Shown: one piece after another, positions 1 to 11,644 of the stretch
Numbering within the stretch: the first letter of the stretch is position 1
How the letters are laid out: every line of letters begins with the position of its first letter
Position numbers and translations under genes: made by a program
Notes under the pieces: model-generated
The model's input: the letters and a program-made list of their open reading frames with translations, nothing else
Database searches by the model: none
Told to the model about the DNA's origin: nothing
Source: Auanema rhodensis
Lineage: Eukaryota > Animalia > Nematoda
Assembly: GCA_964057225.1 (NCBI GenBank)
Contig: OZ059894.1
Span: forward strand, 9,486,001 to 9,550,000
Direction: 5' to 3'
Length of the DNA stretch: 64,000 nucleotides

Positions 1-661
1 AACAAACTTGTATCTTCGTATTCACTGTCTCATCTATCTCTTTTAAAATTTTAAAATAATGATAGGTCGAAGCATTTTGAACCAATTGTAATGCTGTGGC
101 CCTGATTGACTTGAGTCACATGGCCTATACTAAGGGAAAGGCTCGCTGGGCTGTTGATCACAAGAGAAAATTAAATGTTGCAACACAGAGAGACTCAAAG
201 AAGAGGATAGTTGCGAACACAAGTTCAATTGAATACGCATGAGGAATGACATTCATCTGATCTTATCATATCCCTCAAATCCTAGCACTGTGTGATTAAA
301 GTCATCTAATACGCTCGAGGCATTTCCCAAAGACAATAAATCAAGAAATGTAAAGTGCCAGAAGAGTAGTCTGTCTATACTTGCGTATGTATAACGTTCC
401 TAAACTAAGTTAATAATTTTTAATAATTTTTTCAAAAAAAAATTTAAAAAGTTTGAGGAAATAAATTTTTTTTCACAATATTTTTCAATCTTAAAAATAT
501 TATTTCAATAATACTCATCAATCAGAATTAGAGAAACTCACGTGTCATATGCCACGCTTATCACGTTCAGTAACTGACGTCATTTCTTGTCGACGAAACA
601 AGGATGAACGGTTGCTATCTCTTCAAATCTCAAACTATTATCTCATCCCACCTCTTTCCTG

Positions 662-699
<38 letters not shown>

Positions 700-2515
700 C
701 TTTATATGTTTTTCATGTTTAACCTATCAGCCATTACATCTTCAGCAAATTATTTTCCTTTATTTCGCATATAGCATCAAACAAGCCCTATAACAAGCAT
801 CAAACTTGAGTTTTAAAAATAATCGAAAAGGATTTCATGAGCAGATATTTGATTTTGGTTGCCCTAAGTACAAAAACGTGAACAAAGAGAAAAACAAGCA
901 AAACGGAACGGACATTTAAAACAATCAAAACGTTTTCATCCTTAGCATGTTCTAACCTATGAAATGTGACTGCTGGGGACATATGGCTGTATGACTCTTC
1001 TTAGTAGATGACTCGACTACAGAAGACGCAATGAATAAGAGAAAGAGCAGCTGTTTTCAAAGTTCAAATCACTTTTTTAACATTGAAAAGAGACAATTCT
1101 GGCTTAAGAATGTTGATGAGTTACCTTTGATCAAGATGTTCGGTGAAAACATTACAAGATGTATCATTAATTATTTTCATTTTTTGATCATTTATCCAAA
1201 TTCTGTGCGGGTTTAGTGCACTCTTTTCAGCCAATTTCTTTATTTTTTCACATCTCCTGATGTACTACTTTCATCCACAAACTGATATGTAAGACAAATT
1301 CGTCTTGTTGGAGGAAAATATTCTTAAATCATATGTATAAATATAGATTTACATATCTATAATATCTATAAAATAGATGAAGACATGAATGAAAGACATT
1401 AAATCATTGGTAAAGTCACGAAGAGATAAAGCCAGGCATTTCCCTCCATCACAGACAGCTTAAATGGTCTTAAAGGGGGCCATAGAGGAAGAGATAGATA
1501 GAGAGAGAAAGAGAGAGAGAGAGAAACGTACAAGGAGTGAGAACCATCCATTTTTATGAGGAAGCCATCACCATATTTCTTATATGATCCACCGAAATTC
1601 TCTTTTCTTTGAAGCACTTCTTTCATTTTTAGAAGATTTGAACCCGAAACGTTTACAAACTTGAAAACAATTTTATAGTTCAAACCAAGTTTTATTATTA
1701 TTTTCCAAAAAAATCAAATAAAAAATCAAATAAGAAATGTTTTTTTAGAATCCAAATCCTTCATGAAAACTTTTCAAATAATATTATTATTTCATAAATT
1801 ATTATTAGTCTTTGTTTTATAATCAACACATGTAATCAAGTTTATTACTATTCAAATATAGTATAAACCATACATTTAGATAATTAACTATACTATATAG
1901 TATAGAATATCAAATATTTAGATATTATACATAGATAGTTATCTGACATCATCTATCAATCTTGAATAATAGATTATGAAAGTGAAATTTAGAATTCAAA
2001 TTGTGAAAAGGATTTAGATGGTATCTCAGCTTTTCCATTCATTTCATGCAAAATCTATAATCTTGACCTCTTGGCCTTCATCCGCTTAGATGCATATGAA
2101 CGTCCTTTAATGCCTTGATTTCACCAACTTTTTTATTTATTTTCATTTTGTTTGACATAAAATATTTGGAACCATTTTGATCTTTAAAATTAAAAGAAAT
2201 ATTATTTTTAAATAGAAATCAAATTTGTACAATGAAGTTTCTGCAAACATTGTTGATATTTGGCATTGTGCTACAGATAGATGGATAGATTTCAATTTTT
2301 CTTTACATTCTCTTCATTATTTTGGAGCAAAGTTAACCTTTTGTGCCAGTATTTCACCTCATTTTCTTGCGAACATTGGCTTTTTTTGATTTTCTTTTGT
2401 GGCAAGCAATGACAGCTTTAAGCTTACACTCAGGCTCATCAAACTGTTCTTTGCTCTTTCATAAAAATTGCCAAACCTTTTTTCTTCATCTCTAAGCTCT
2501 AAGTTGATTTGGTAC

Positions 2516-4864
2516 AAGTGTCATCTGATACGACAGGACATCTGTTGGAGGTTGAAGCTGATGCTCCGCACCAGTACCGAAATCGACGACAACTATGATT
2601 TTACATCTGATTCATGCAGCCTGTCATGCACAGCACACTATATTTGGCTTTGAATAGATTTCATGAGATGCAACCTCAATGAAAATAGGATGAAAACCTG
2701 TGGTTGCTTGTGAGATTGTGAGAGGCACAGAGATGAGACTGATGGATGGAGTCTCTCTCTCTCTCTCTAAACACACAGCGAAACTCAGACGGTCACGGCT
2801 CTCTGCTTGTTTTCTATGAGCACAAATCAAGCTGTTCTTGGGATGTGCACAAGTATTTCGGAACACATTGAGCATGAACATGTTCACTCCATCTATATTT
2901 CTTTCTTTTCTCAGCTCACATGATTGCTTGTCTTTGTGATATTTGAGAAAAAAACATCAAAAGGAATACATGCAGATGACATTTTCTCCATTCGTGAGCA
3001 ACTTGCCCTTCAGCATTATTCTAAAACTTACCGAAATGACAAAGGGATTGTTCTTCACTATGTCTTACAACGGTACCAATGATGATGCAATCCTCCTTTC
3101 TAACTGAAGGCACAACGTCCAATTTCTGTTCAGAAATTGAGCCTTGTAACATGAGTCACTCATTCAATTTGTATTTTTGCAACAACAAAGAAAAAAATAA
3201 GAAAGCATTATGATGTTATTTCTCTTAAATTCATTTTTCCTTTTCTCTTTTCATCTTCATCATCATTTTGGTGAGCTATCACTTACGCTTGTCGCCGCCA
3301 TTTCATCCATTCTCCAGGCTACATCTTTTTACCTCTCCATCTAACTTTCTCTATTTCTTGCTGTCCTCTCTTTCTACATTCTCATGATGTGCTGTCACCT
3401 ACGCTTTTTGCTTCATTTTCTCTTTACAATCACAGACAATCCTTTAGTGCTAACCCTACATGAGGTTAAAAGTGCTAATGGATCAGATGAATGATACCGT
3501 ATAGATATATAGAGATGGTTAAAAAGGGAGAAAGAGAGAAAGAGAGAGAAAGAGAGATAGAGGGAGAGAGAGAGACTTATACATATCTTTGTAGGAAGAA
3601 TATTGTTCAGATTATTGTTCAAAAATAAAAAAAAAGTTGTATTTCCTACTATTCATTCATTCTAATCTCTTCTGTATTATTTTGCATGAATCACATCTTT
3701 TGCAAATGCCAATTGAACATGAGGAAAGAGAAAGTATTCAGTTTTTATGACATTTGGCCTACAGTTTTTAGTGATAAAATTGTTGAAATGAAATAAAAAA
3801 AAAACAAAAAATCACTAGTTTATCATGTTTTACACATGATTTTTCAATTTTTTTTCTTACAAGTATGGATATTTTAATTAAAATGAATAAGAGTCAGTCA
3901 TTTCGAATTCTAATCGTCCAATTTTCCCCAGCACATTCTCACTATCCGACCAAAACACACACCCACTCAACTATTTTTCAAAACACACGTGAATAACGTG
4001 AAATCAGCATATTTTTATTATTTCATTTTGATTTCATAACAGGCTTAAAACGGTTGTTCTCTTATCTTCAAAACTAAACAATACAACAACAACAACAACA
4101 ACAAAACAAAACAACAAACTGTTTACACAAGTAATTTATATTGTTTATTTGATTAATAATAAAAATAAATAAAAATAGAACATTTTTGATATGAAAAATC
4201 TTCTTTAATATTCCCAAATATTATATTCTAATTATATAATAAATTTATTTATGCTAATGAGCTATAAATTTCACTTAATAGTTCATTTGTTCCGGCAAGA
4301 TGGCTTTCACACGCAAATAGTGCAAGCAGTTAATGAGCTGATTTTATTTCCAGAATGATTTAAAGACGTTAATGAAATTTTCCAATAATCCAAAATCTAT
4401 ATAAGAAGAGACAGACCACCCATTAGCTATTGAAATTACAAAAACAGTTATTCTCGTTTACATTTGACATTTGGAAAAAGATGATGACAGTCAAAAGAAT
4501 AGAAGAAGGTCAACATTGAAAGAGAGAAGAATATTTTCAATTCTGCCTTCACTGCCCCCCCCCACCCCCTCCAATCCTTTACTCTTCGACATTCATACCA
4601 AATACTGATACTTCTCTTTTTGGCTTAACAATTCTTTACTTTGTCTCAATACTAAGTGTCCATAAAGTTTTATTTATCTTTTACTTCATACGGGGCTACT
4701 CAAAATCAAACAACTTCTTATTTCAATTTTCACTTTTAACAATCTTAAATTAAAATCATTTTATCATATTATTCTATTTTGAAAAATATCTTGTTTGTTC
4801 AATGATTAACGTATATTACCTATGTTTATTTCATCTTCCATATCATATAATTACTATTTTCCCA

Positions 4865-4895
<31 letters not shown>

Positions 4896-5176
4896 ACCTC
4901 TCTCTCTATCTATCTTTTCAAATGAATCACACCCATTCTTGTAATCATCGATCAACAATCTGATAGACTTTACCAATTTTTACCCTTATTGACGTAAAAT
5001 TTATCTTTTGTAGTTTGAAGTTCTTAGGTTCTCCCGCCATTTAAAGACGAACGCGAGCCAGGCTCTCCGCATCTTCGAGATGTAATTTCCGTTTTTCCAT
5101 CCAAACTCTGTTGACCTATGGCGAGATACTAGCTGCCTGCTCTGATGCTTACCGGCTCCACGAGCACACTTGTCAT
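2516..5176 (-). CDS. Putative multi-exon gene of unknown function with alternative first exons; 3' part uncertain and may run to ~812 or off the window
   Basis: Two phase-0 ATG exons with strong donors: 5176-5153 (MTSVLVEP|gtaagc) and 3310/3301-3287 (MDE-MAATS|gtaagt). Both fit an open exon 3125-3032 (KLDVVPSVRKEDCIIIGTVVRHSEEQSLCHF|gtaagt), followed by a phase-matched open exon from 2592 (VVVDFGTGAEHQLQPPTDVLSYQMTL). No homolog recognised. Confidence 0.45.
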
Positions 5177-6014
5177 TTCCACTAACTATATCTAGTTATC
5201 AATTGTGATTTTGCATGATTTTTCGACTGCCTGTTGAGAGCATTGTGCAGAAGTTTCGCCTTTGCTCTGGTCTTCTGACATATTTTTTTGCTGATCATCG
5301 TGTGAGCTATGTTTAACAACTGTAAGATTCATTTACAATTTGTTTCAAATTTTGCAAGCTCCGTTCCCTTTTCTCTAATTTCTCGTAGCTTTCTTGCATC
5401 ATTCTTCAGTGGGCGGAGCAAGAAAGTGGGCTGGACTGCGAGCACGTCCTCTTTGTTGCTTCACTGGCCATTAGTCCAGAGAATAAGGCATCATCTCATT
5501 CCATCATCTACCGTTCATGCAGCTAGTTATCTATTCCTCCACATTTCATATACCATGATATCAAGTGTCTAACAAAGAGTTTATGAAGTTATTGTGTGTG
5601 TGTTGGGTAGTCTTGGATTGATGTTGTGTCTCTCCTTCCTTCTCTCATCTCTTTAAAGCTCTGATTTTCACGAAGCAGTCATCTATCACAGATATTTACT
5701 GAACATGAAAATCAAAAATGCCCTTTGTTTGATCTCTTTTTTTCTCTGATTATTTACAAGGAAATCGTATTTTTGGATGTGAAGGCTGTAGTTCACTTGT
5801 CAAGCCATGTGATTATTCAGCATATGATTTCGAGCATTACAACCTTTGAGAAATGCTTATCTCTCAACTGCTCTCTATACATTTGACTGATTTCCATCGA
5901 CATATTGCTCATCTTCCATTTCACGCCTGCATATCATATTCATGTACTTCTTGCGATAAATGTTTTTTTTCTCGTTTTCAATCGTTTTTCCGACTTTATG
6001 ATGAAAGCTTTCAG

Positions 6015-6658
6015 ATGCGTGCCTTCATTTTGCTCAGTCTGCTCTTCGCTTCCGTTCTCGCTTTCCATTTACAGAAAAATGAATTTTTGGATGAAGAATA
6101 TGTGAGTTTTAGTTTGGAGAAACCTTCTTCAACTTGTCGCTTGTTTCAATCTCATAATGCTTTTAATGTTCAGTTAACCAGAACTGTTCGTTCTGCAGAG
6201 GACAGCAGTTCATCCGAGGAAAATGAGAAAGCTGAAGCTCAGGGAAATAAGGTATAAACAAGAGGGTTATTGAACTGAAAGCTTATTTTTGATGTTTTCT
6301 AGGTCGAAGAAGAAGACAGTTCCGAAGCTTCTGGAGATAAAGATGAGAAGGAAGAGAAGGACGAGAAGGAAGATGAAGATGGTTCCGGTGCTCGCTTCAT
6401 CCGTGACACCGATGAGGGTTCTGGTGACAAGAGCAACTCTTCTGAAGAAGATGAAGATGAGGGATCTGGAGAAAGATTCGTTCGCGAAGTAGAAGAGATT
6501 GAAGGATCAGGAGAAGTATCTTGAATCAGACTATTGCTATTCAATAACATACACATTTTCAGCTCATCTCCTCTCAGTCTGTATCTGTTGTCGATGAGGA
6601 AGGATCCGGAGAAGGAGCCGATGAAACATTCTTCAAGGAGCCAGCCTTCTTCTTCTAA
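6015..6658 (+). CDS. Small secreted acidic chondroitin-proteoglycan-like protein (CPG-8-like), 4 exons, ~157 aa
   Basis: tttcag-ATG. Exons 6015-6101, 6174-6251, 6303-6515, 6563-6658 join in frame. Signal peptide MRAFILLSLLFASVLA, six acidic Ser-Gly sites (EASG, DGSG, 4x EGSG), RTVR/RFIR/RFVR motifs, ends FFKEPAFFF*. Confidence 0.8.
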
Positions 6659-8150
6659 TAAGTTTCATCCAATTATAAGCTTTCCTTTCAAATCTTGCTT
6701 GTCCTTCTTTCTTTCTCTCCCTCTCACTCCTGCCGTGATATGTGTAGACTGCTGTACTGAGAAATGATATTCCCGTTAATTTTTTTTTGGAAATATCATG
6801 TTCCATCAGCAATCAAAGCTCGTGCTATCGATGATTATGCTCATCGTTCTGGTGTTTTTATCGTTTTTAAAACGTCGTAGTCATATTTTTATTTGATTGT
6901 AATTCATTATGATGATGCTCTCCTCTCCCCTCACTCATCAGAACCGTATTATTTGAAAATTCAGGATTCAAAATTCCTCTGTTGTTCCGCAAAACGCTGG
7001 TTTATGGATTTCAGAGAGGTAGATATGGCTTCTAGACCATATCTAGCATCCCATTACTTTTAGTATTTTATTTAATTTAATATTAAAATCTTCTAATATC
7101 AGAAAAAATGTTGAAGAACTAAGCTCCTTTCACCCCTAGTTTTGGCCCCCCGCCTCCCCCTTATGGTTTTGAAAATCTCCACCCCCTCAACATCAAGTCA
7201 TCTGACCCATGAACTATGTTTGTACATTGCCCATGATTGTGTTTTACACATATGATCATCATTCATTTGTCATTTTGATGAACATTTCTAACAATTTATC
7301 TTTTATTCAATCAATTTTTATCTTGAAAGTTCAATCAAAACTATTAAAATACAGCAGAATATGAAGATGCAGATCTACAAGATATTCAGTTTATTCTGAA
7401 ATGGTGGTCTATGCTGGTCATTCATGAATTGTTAACAACAAATTCTGAATATTTACGAATATGAGAGTGATCATAATGAGGAAACTTTAAAATTTATTGT
7501 TTAAACTTTGTTTAAACTTAACCTTTTGACATGTATTTGAATGAAAAATGAAGGTAATAAGGTGATTAAGCTATACGTTTGTTCTCTTGTTTGATGTCCT
7601 TCACATAGTATACATGATGAAATGCGGATATTGCTGACCAGTGTAATTAATTCTGGCCATCATCATCATCATCATCATCATCGTAGTACGTAAGTTCAAA
7701 TGAGTTGTTTAATTGAAAATTTGTGGTTTTTTCTTATATCAGACAACTGATTGTACATGTGATAGCTGACTAATAACAAACCAGCTGTTGCTGTTCGATC
7801 AACAACTGATAAAGTTGTTCGCAAAGATCACTACATTGAAGCAAAGCAAGTAGAGAAAAACGATATATAATGAAATGAAACTTATTTAATTGACCGGCAA
7901 ATTATAAGAAAATCATTCAATACACACAATATACACGATATATACATAGAAATATACATATATGTTAGAGATTTAGTAGCATATAATGCTGTTAAGTAAC
8001 GATGTTTCGAACTTGAAACTCTGAACATCACAGTTTTCTTCGAGAGGCGAGAGTGAATGTGTCCGAAAACAAGAAATTCATGCAGCTAATCGTTTGTCCT
8101 AATAGAAATCGGAAAGAAAAAACTAAGAAATAGGCAATTAAGGAAGAGTA

Positions 8151-9013
8151 TTAAGGAGCTACCAGTTGGCGATATAAGTGATATCGTATCCTCATCAATG
8201 GATCTTGTGTATTATCTATGGGAAATGGCAGACTATCGTCGTCTTTCCAACAGATATCCAATAATTCTTTTAAGTTATTTGCATTTCTCATCAATTCGCT
8301 TATAAGATGCCGAGTAAATAATACATGACCATATTGAGCTTGATGAGCGCGATACTTGTCACACAGGATCTGTTGATGCTTCCGACCACAGGCTGAACAG
8401 GCTGAACCGCAATTACGACTAGCATGCTTCGGGCCCAAACAACGCTGGCATAGACCCATGCTAGATAGACGTAGATATCGTTCTTCACCATTTTTATACA
8501 ATTCGCAGTCTTCTGAATGATGGACAGATGAGCAAAATAGACATCGACCATCAACCAAATGAATAATATGCTTCTGAAATGAGAAAGTACATGGTAACAT
8601 ATGATGATCAAACTATGACATACAACTACTCTTGACCAATGACGCATCAATTCTATAAACGTAATTGTTGTTGCCACAATACGTCGTCGAATTTCCGGAG
8701 TCGAAGTATCGTCGTGCCAAGCTTCAAATTTCGGATTTCCGGCATGATTAATCCAATAATCCTTAGCTTGATGAAGCTTGACTGTTTTCTTCCAAACTTC
8801 TTTCATTTGCCATCGAATATTCTTGATATCTTCGTTATAAACATCATCCAAATCAGAGCCTTTATACGAAAGATCATGATAAGTTAGATGCATATCAGAC
8901 AGCCATTTTGGAAAATTAACTGTTGACATGGTTGCTTCAAGATATTGATCCACTAATGGATCATCCCAAAAGTGTTCAGCCTTTAACGTTAATATTTCTG
9001 GAGGAATTGTCAT
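8151..9013 (-). CDS. Intron-containing protein with BEL/Pao-type Gag triple zinc knuckle (candidate domesticated gag), ~270 aa
   Basis: tttcag-ATG at 9013. Exon 1 9013-8624, a 50-nt GTATGT..TTTCAG intron (8623-8574), exon 2 from 8573 in frame. Contains CLFCSSVHHSEDC, CQRCLGPKHASRNC and CSACGRKHQQILC. The 3' end is either the stop at 8151 or a short extra exon (DKRLAA*). Confidence 0.8.
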
Positions 9014-11644
9014 CTGAAATATCATTCTAAAATATGGAAATTTGAAGTTACAACATCAATTGAAAGCTCAAAATAACAGAAAAAGAGGAAACCTATTGAA
9101 ATTCTAATAATTTTTAATTGAATTAAAAAAAAATAAAAATTCGAATATCCTGACGTATTTCACGTAAAATAACGTGTCAATTGGATTTAATTTTTAAATT
9201 TACGTGTGAATGACATGCATAATGGCCATATAGAATGGATGTGATAAGCCAAATAAGAATATTTTTCCTTTTTAGCAAAATAGTTATTTCTTTTATAAAA
9301 AATACTAAAAAAATAGAAAAAAAAGAGAAGATTATCAAATGAACAACTTGAAAAAGTATAAGAAAAATAAATATAGAAATAGAATATAATTTTCAAAAAT
9401 ATAGAATTAAGATTTAGAGAAAAAAAGAGAAAGAGAGAAAGAAAGAAAGAGAGAGAGAGAGAAAGAGAGAGAGAGAATGCAAAGGAATGTGAGAGTCGAA
9501 AGGAGGGAGGAAAGAAGGAAATAAATTAAATAATAAACATCCACTCTTCAAAAAGTCAATTTGTATCATTAAAATCAGGTCTATTATAATATTATGAAGC
9601 TCAAAACCAACTCATTATTCAGATTGGACAGACGTCTTTGTAGCTCATTTGGAGCCAAATATTTTCAGATTGTACTTTTTACTATAAAAGATCAAAAAAT
9701 GCAACAAAAGAAAAATAATATTATCAGACAATTCAGTTAAAAAGATTAATAATCAATAATATTTTCAAATGAGAGAAAGAAGATAAAAAAAATGAAATCC
9801 TTAAACAATAAAAGGAAGATTAGCAAAAACAGAAGAAAATGAGAAAACGAAAAAGGAGAATTAACATGAATGAGAGGGATCAATACCTATGGATATGTAT
9901 TATATCGAAATATTTTTATTTAAAAAAATAATATCTAAATCTAATATGCGATAAATTAAATTGAATTTACAACTAAATTGGCGAAATTTTAAATAAAAAA
10001 TTGTGGAAAAGCTTTAGCTTCAAGCATTTTTATGAGCGTAATATTGGTAATTAAATGGGAGAACTTTAAAAGATTTGACCAATTTTCGATAGAGGAAATA
10101 GAACGAGAGAAAACTGAAAGACCACCCTTAACGGAAATGATAAGCCTTGTTGAAGATATTTGGATTAAGCAATGTAGTGTCAGCTGTTCATTCAGAAGAA
10201 CAATCTAAGTCGTTATCCTGATGCCATCACGCTTGTGACTAATAGCTCACACATACGAACGCCACAATCAAAAATTGAAGTTTAAAAAAGAAGTTTTAAG
10301 ACTAAACATGGATGCAAACTCATGGGAAAAAATAATTTTTGTGAATTAATGAGAGAAATTAATGAAAAGGGGGTGATGACAGACGTGGCGCAAACATAAA
10401 TTTCTTGGAAAAAACAAAGAAAGTCCTTAATATTCTGAGAAACGAAAAAGCTAGATTAACAGATAGACACATACATATACACAGAGACAGACATAGACAT
10501 GCATAGGCACTTCATGGATTGAGCTTATACTTGATAAACTAATTGAATATGAACCTTGAAGGAATACGGCAATTCAATTATTTCATTTTAAGACTATTTT
10601 ACAACACAATGATAATACGTATCTAAGTTCAAACTAGAGGAGAGGATAAAACAAATGAATTTTCTGAATGACGAAACTGAATTTGGAGGAAATGTGGGTA
10701 CTTGGCTTGGATCTGTTAGAAGAAGAGAAAGAGAGCATGTAGAGAGCTATGAAAGCACTGAATACGAGCTCTGAAATGAAAAAGAGACTGCAAGATGTTG
10801 GAGGAAAAGCAGCAGAAGGAAGAAAGAGAGACGAGGAAAAGGGAAAAGAGAAGAAGAAGAAGAAGAAAAGGACAGCCGGCTGGTCATCTTCGAGATTTGT
10901 TCATTTTAAGAATATAAAAAATGTTTGTGATTATGTCTTGCACAGGCTTTTCACTTCAGCCTATATTTCAGTCAAAATATCTTACTTAACACATATGAAA
11001 AACATGCTTAAAACTGATTTTATAAGATAAAATATTAATAATTAGAATAATAAAATGCAGAATATGCTCATTTTAATGAATATATATCAAGTTTTAAAGT
11101 AAGTTAGAACATATAGTATGTATATATCAGCAACAAATCTATGTATCTCATTACGAGTTTTGGTGTTGAATTCAAGGTTCAGCTTATTCGCATGATTTCA
11201 ATCTCTAAATTACATTATAGTTTTATATAATTTGATTTCATATTAAGTACTTCGTATACATATAGTCAAATATAATTATAAAATCTTGTTTTCAAGTTTA
11301 AACTTTTGTTATACTAACTATATCCATAGTTATTCAGGTTATTCTAATGACCTTTTCTTCAATATTTAGATTCTGAGATGCTCTGCAATCAATTATTCAT
11401 ATAATTTTCTTAAAAGTTTCACATAAACCATGAAAACAATTGAAATTTTCTAAGAATTCCTATCTTTTCTTTTATTTTTCTTATAGAATCTAATTATAAT
11501 ATCATATCCTATATTCTAATTGGCACGTGCTACGTGGAATCACGTGATAATTGCCACGTGAAAACTGTAAAGTCGTACTTCTTGATCATTTTTTTTTTCA
11601 AATTTTTTAACTTAACTATATATAAATAGTATATATTACTAATT

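Noticed and set aside
5289-5311. GCTGATCATCGTGTGAGCTAT resembles miR-81/bantam
   Set aside because: The seed (TGAGATC) is mismatched and no complementary hairpin arm is present.
6299-6556. Ser-rich minus-strand ORF and K/M-rich plus-strand ORF
   Set aside because: Shadow frames of the acidic proteoglycan exon.
6764-6799. Inverted repeat in the proteoglycan 3'UTR
   Set aside because: Only ~8-10 AT-rich base pairs, expected by chance.
8300-8623. C-terminal part of the 241-aa ORF, which could suggest a retroelement ribosomal frameshift between overlapping ORFs
   Set aside because: A canonical 50-nt GT-AG intron explains the frame change.
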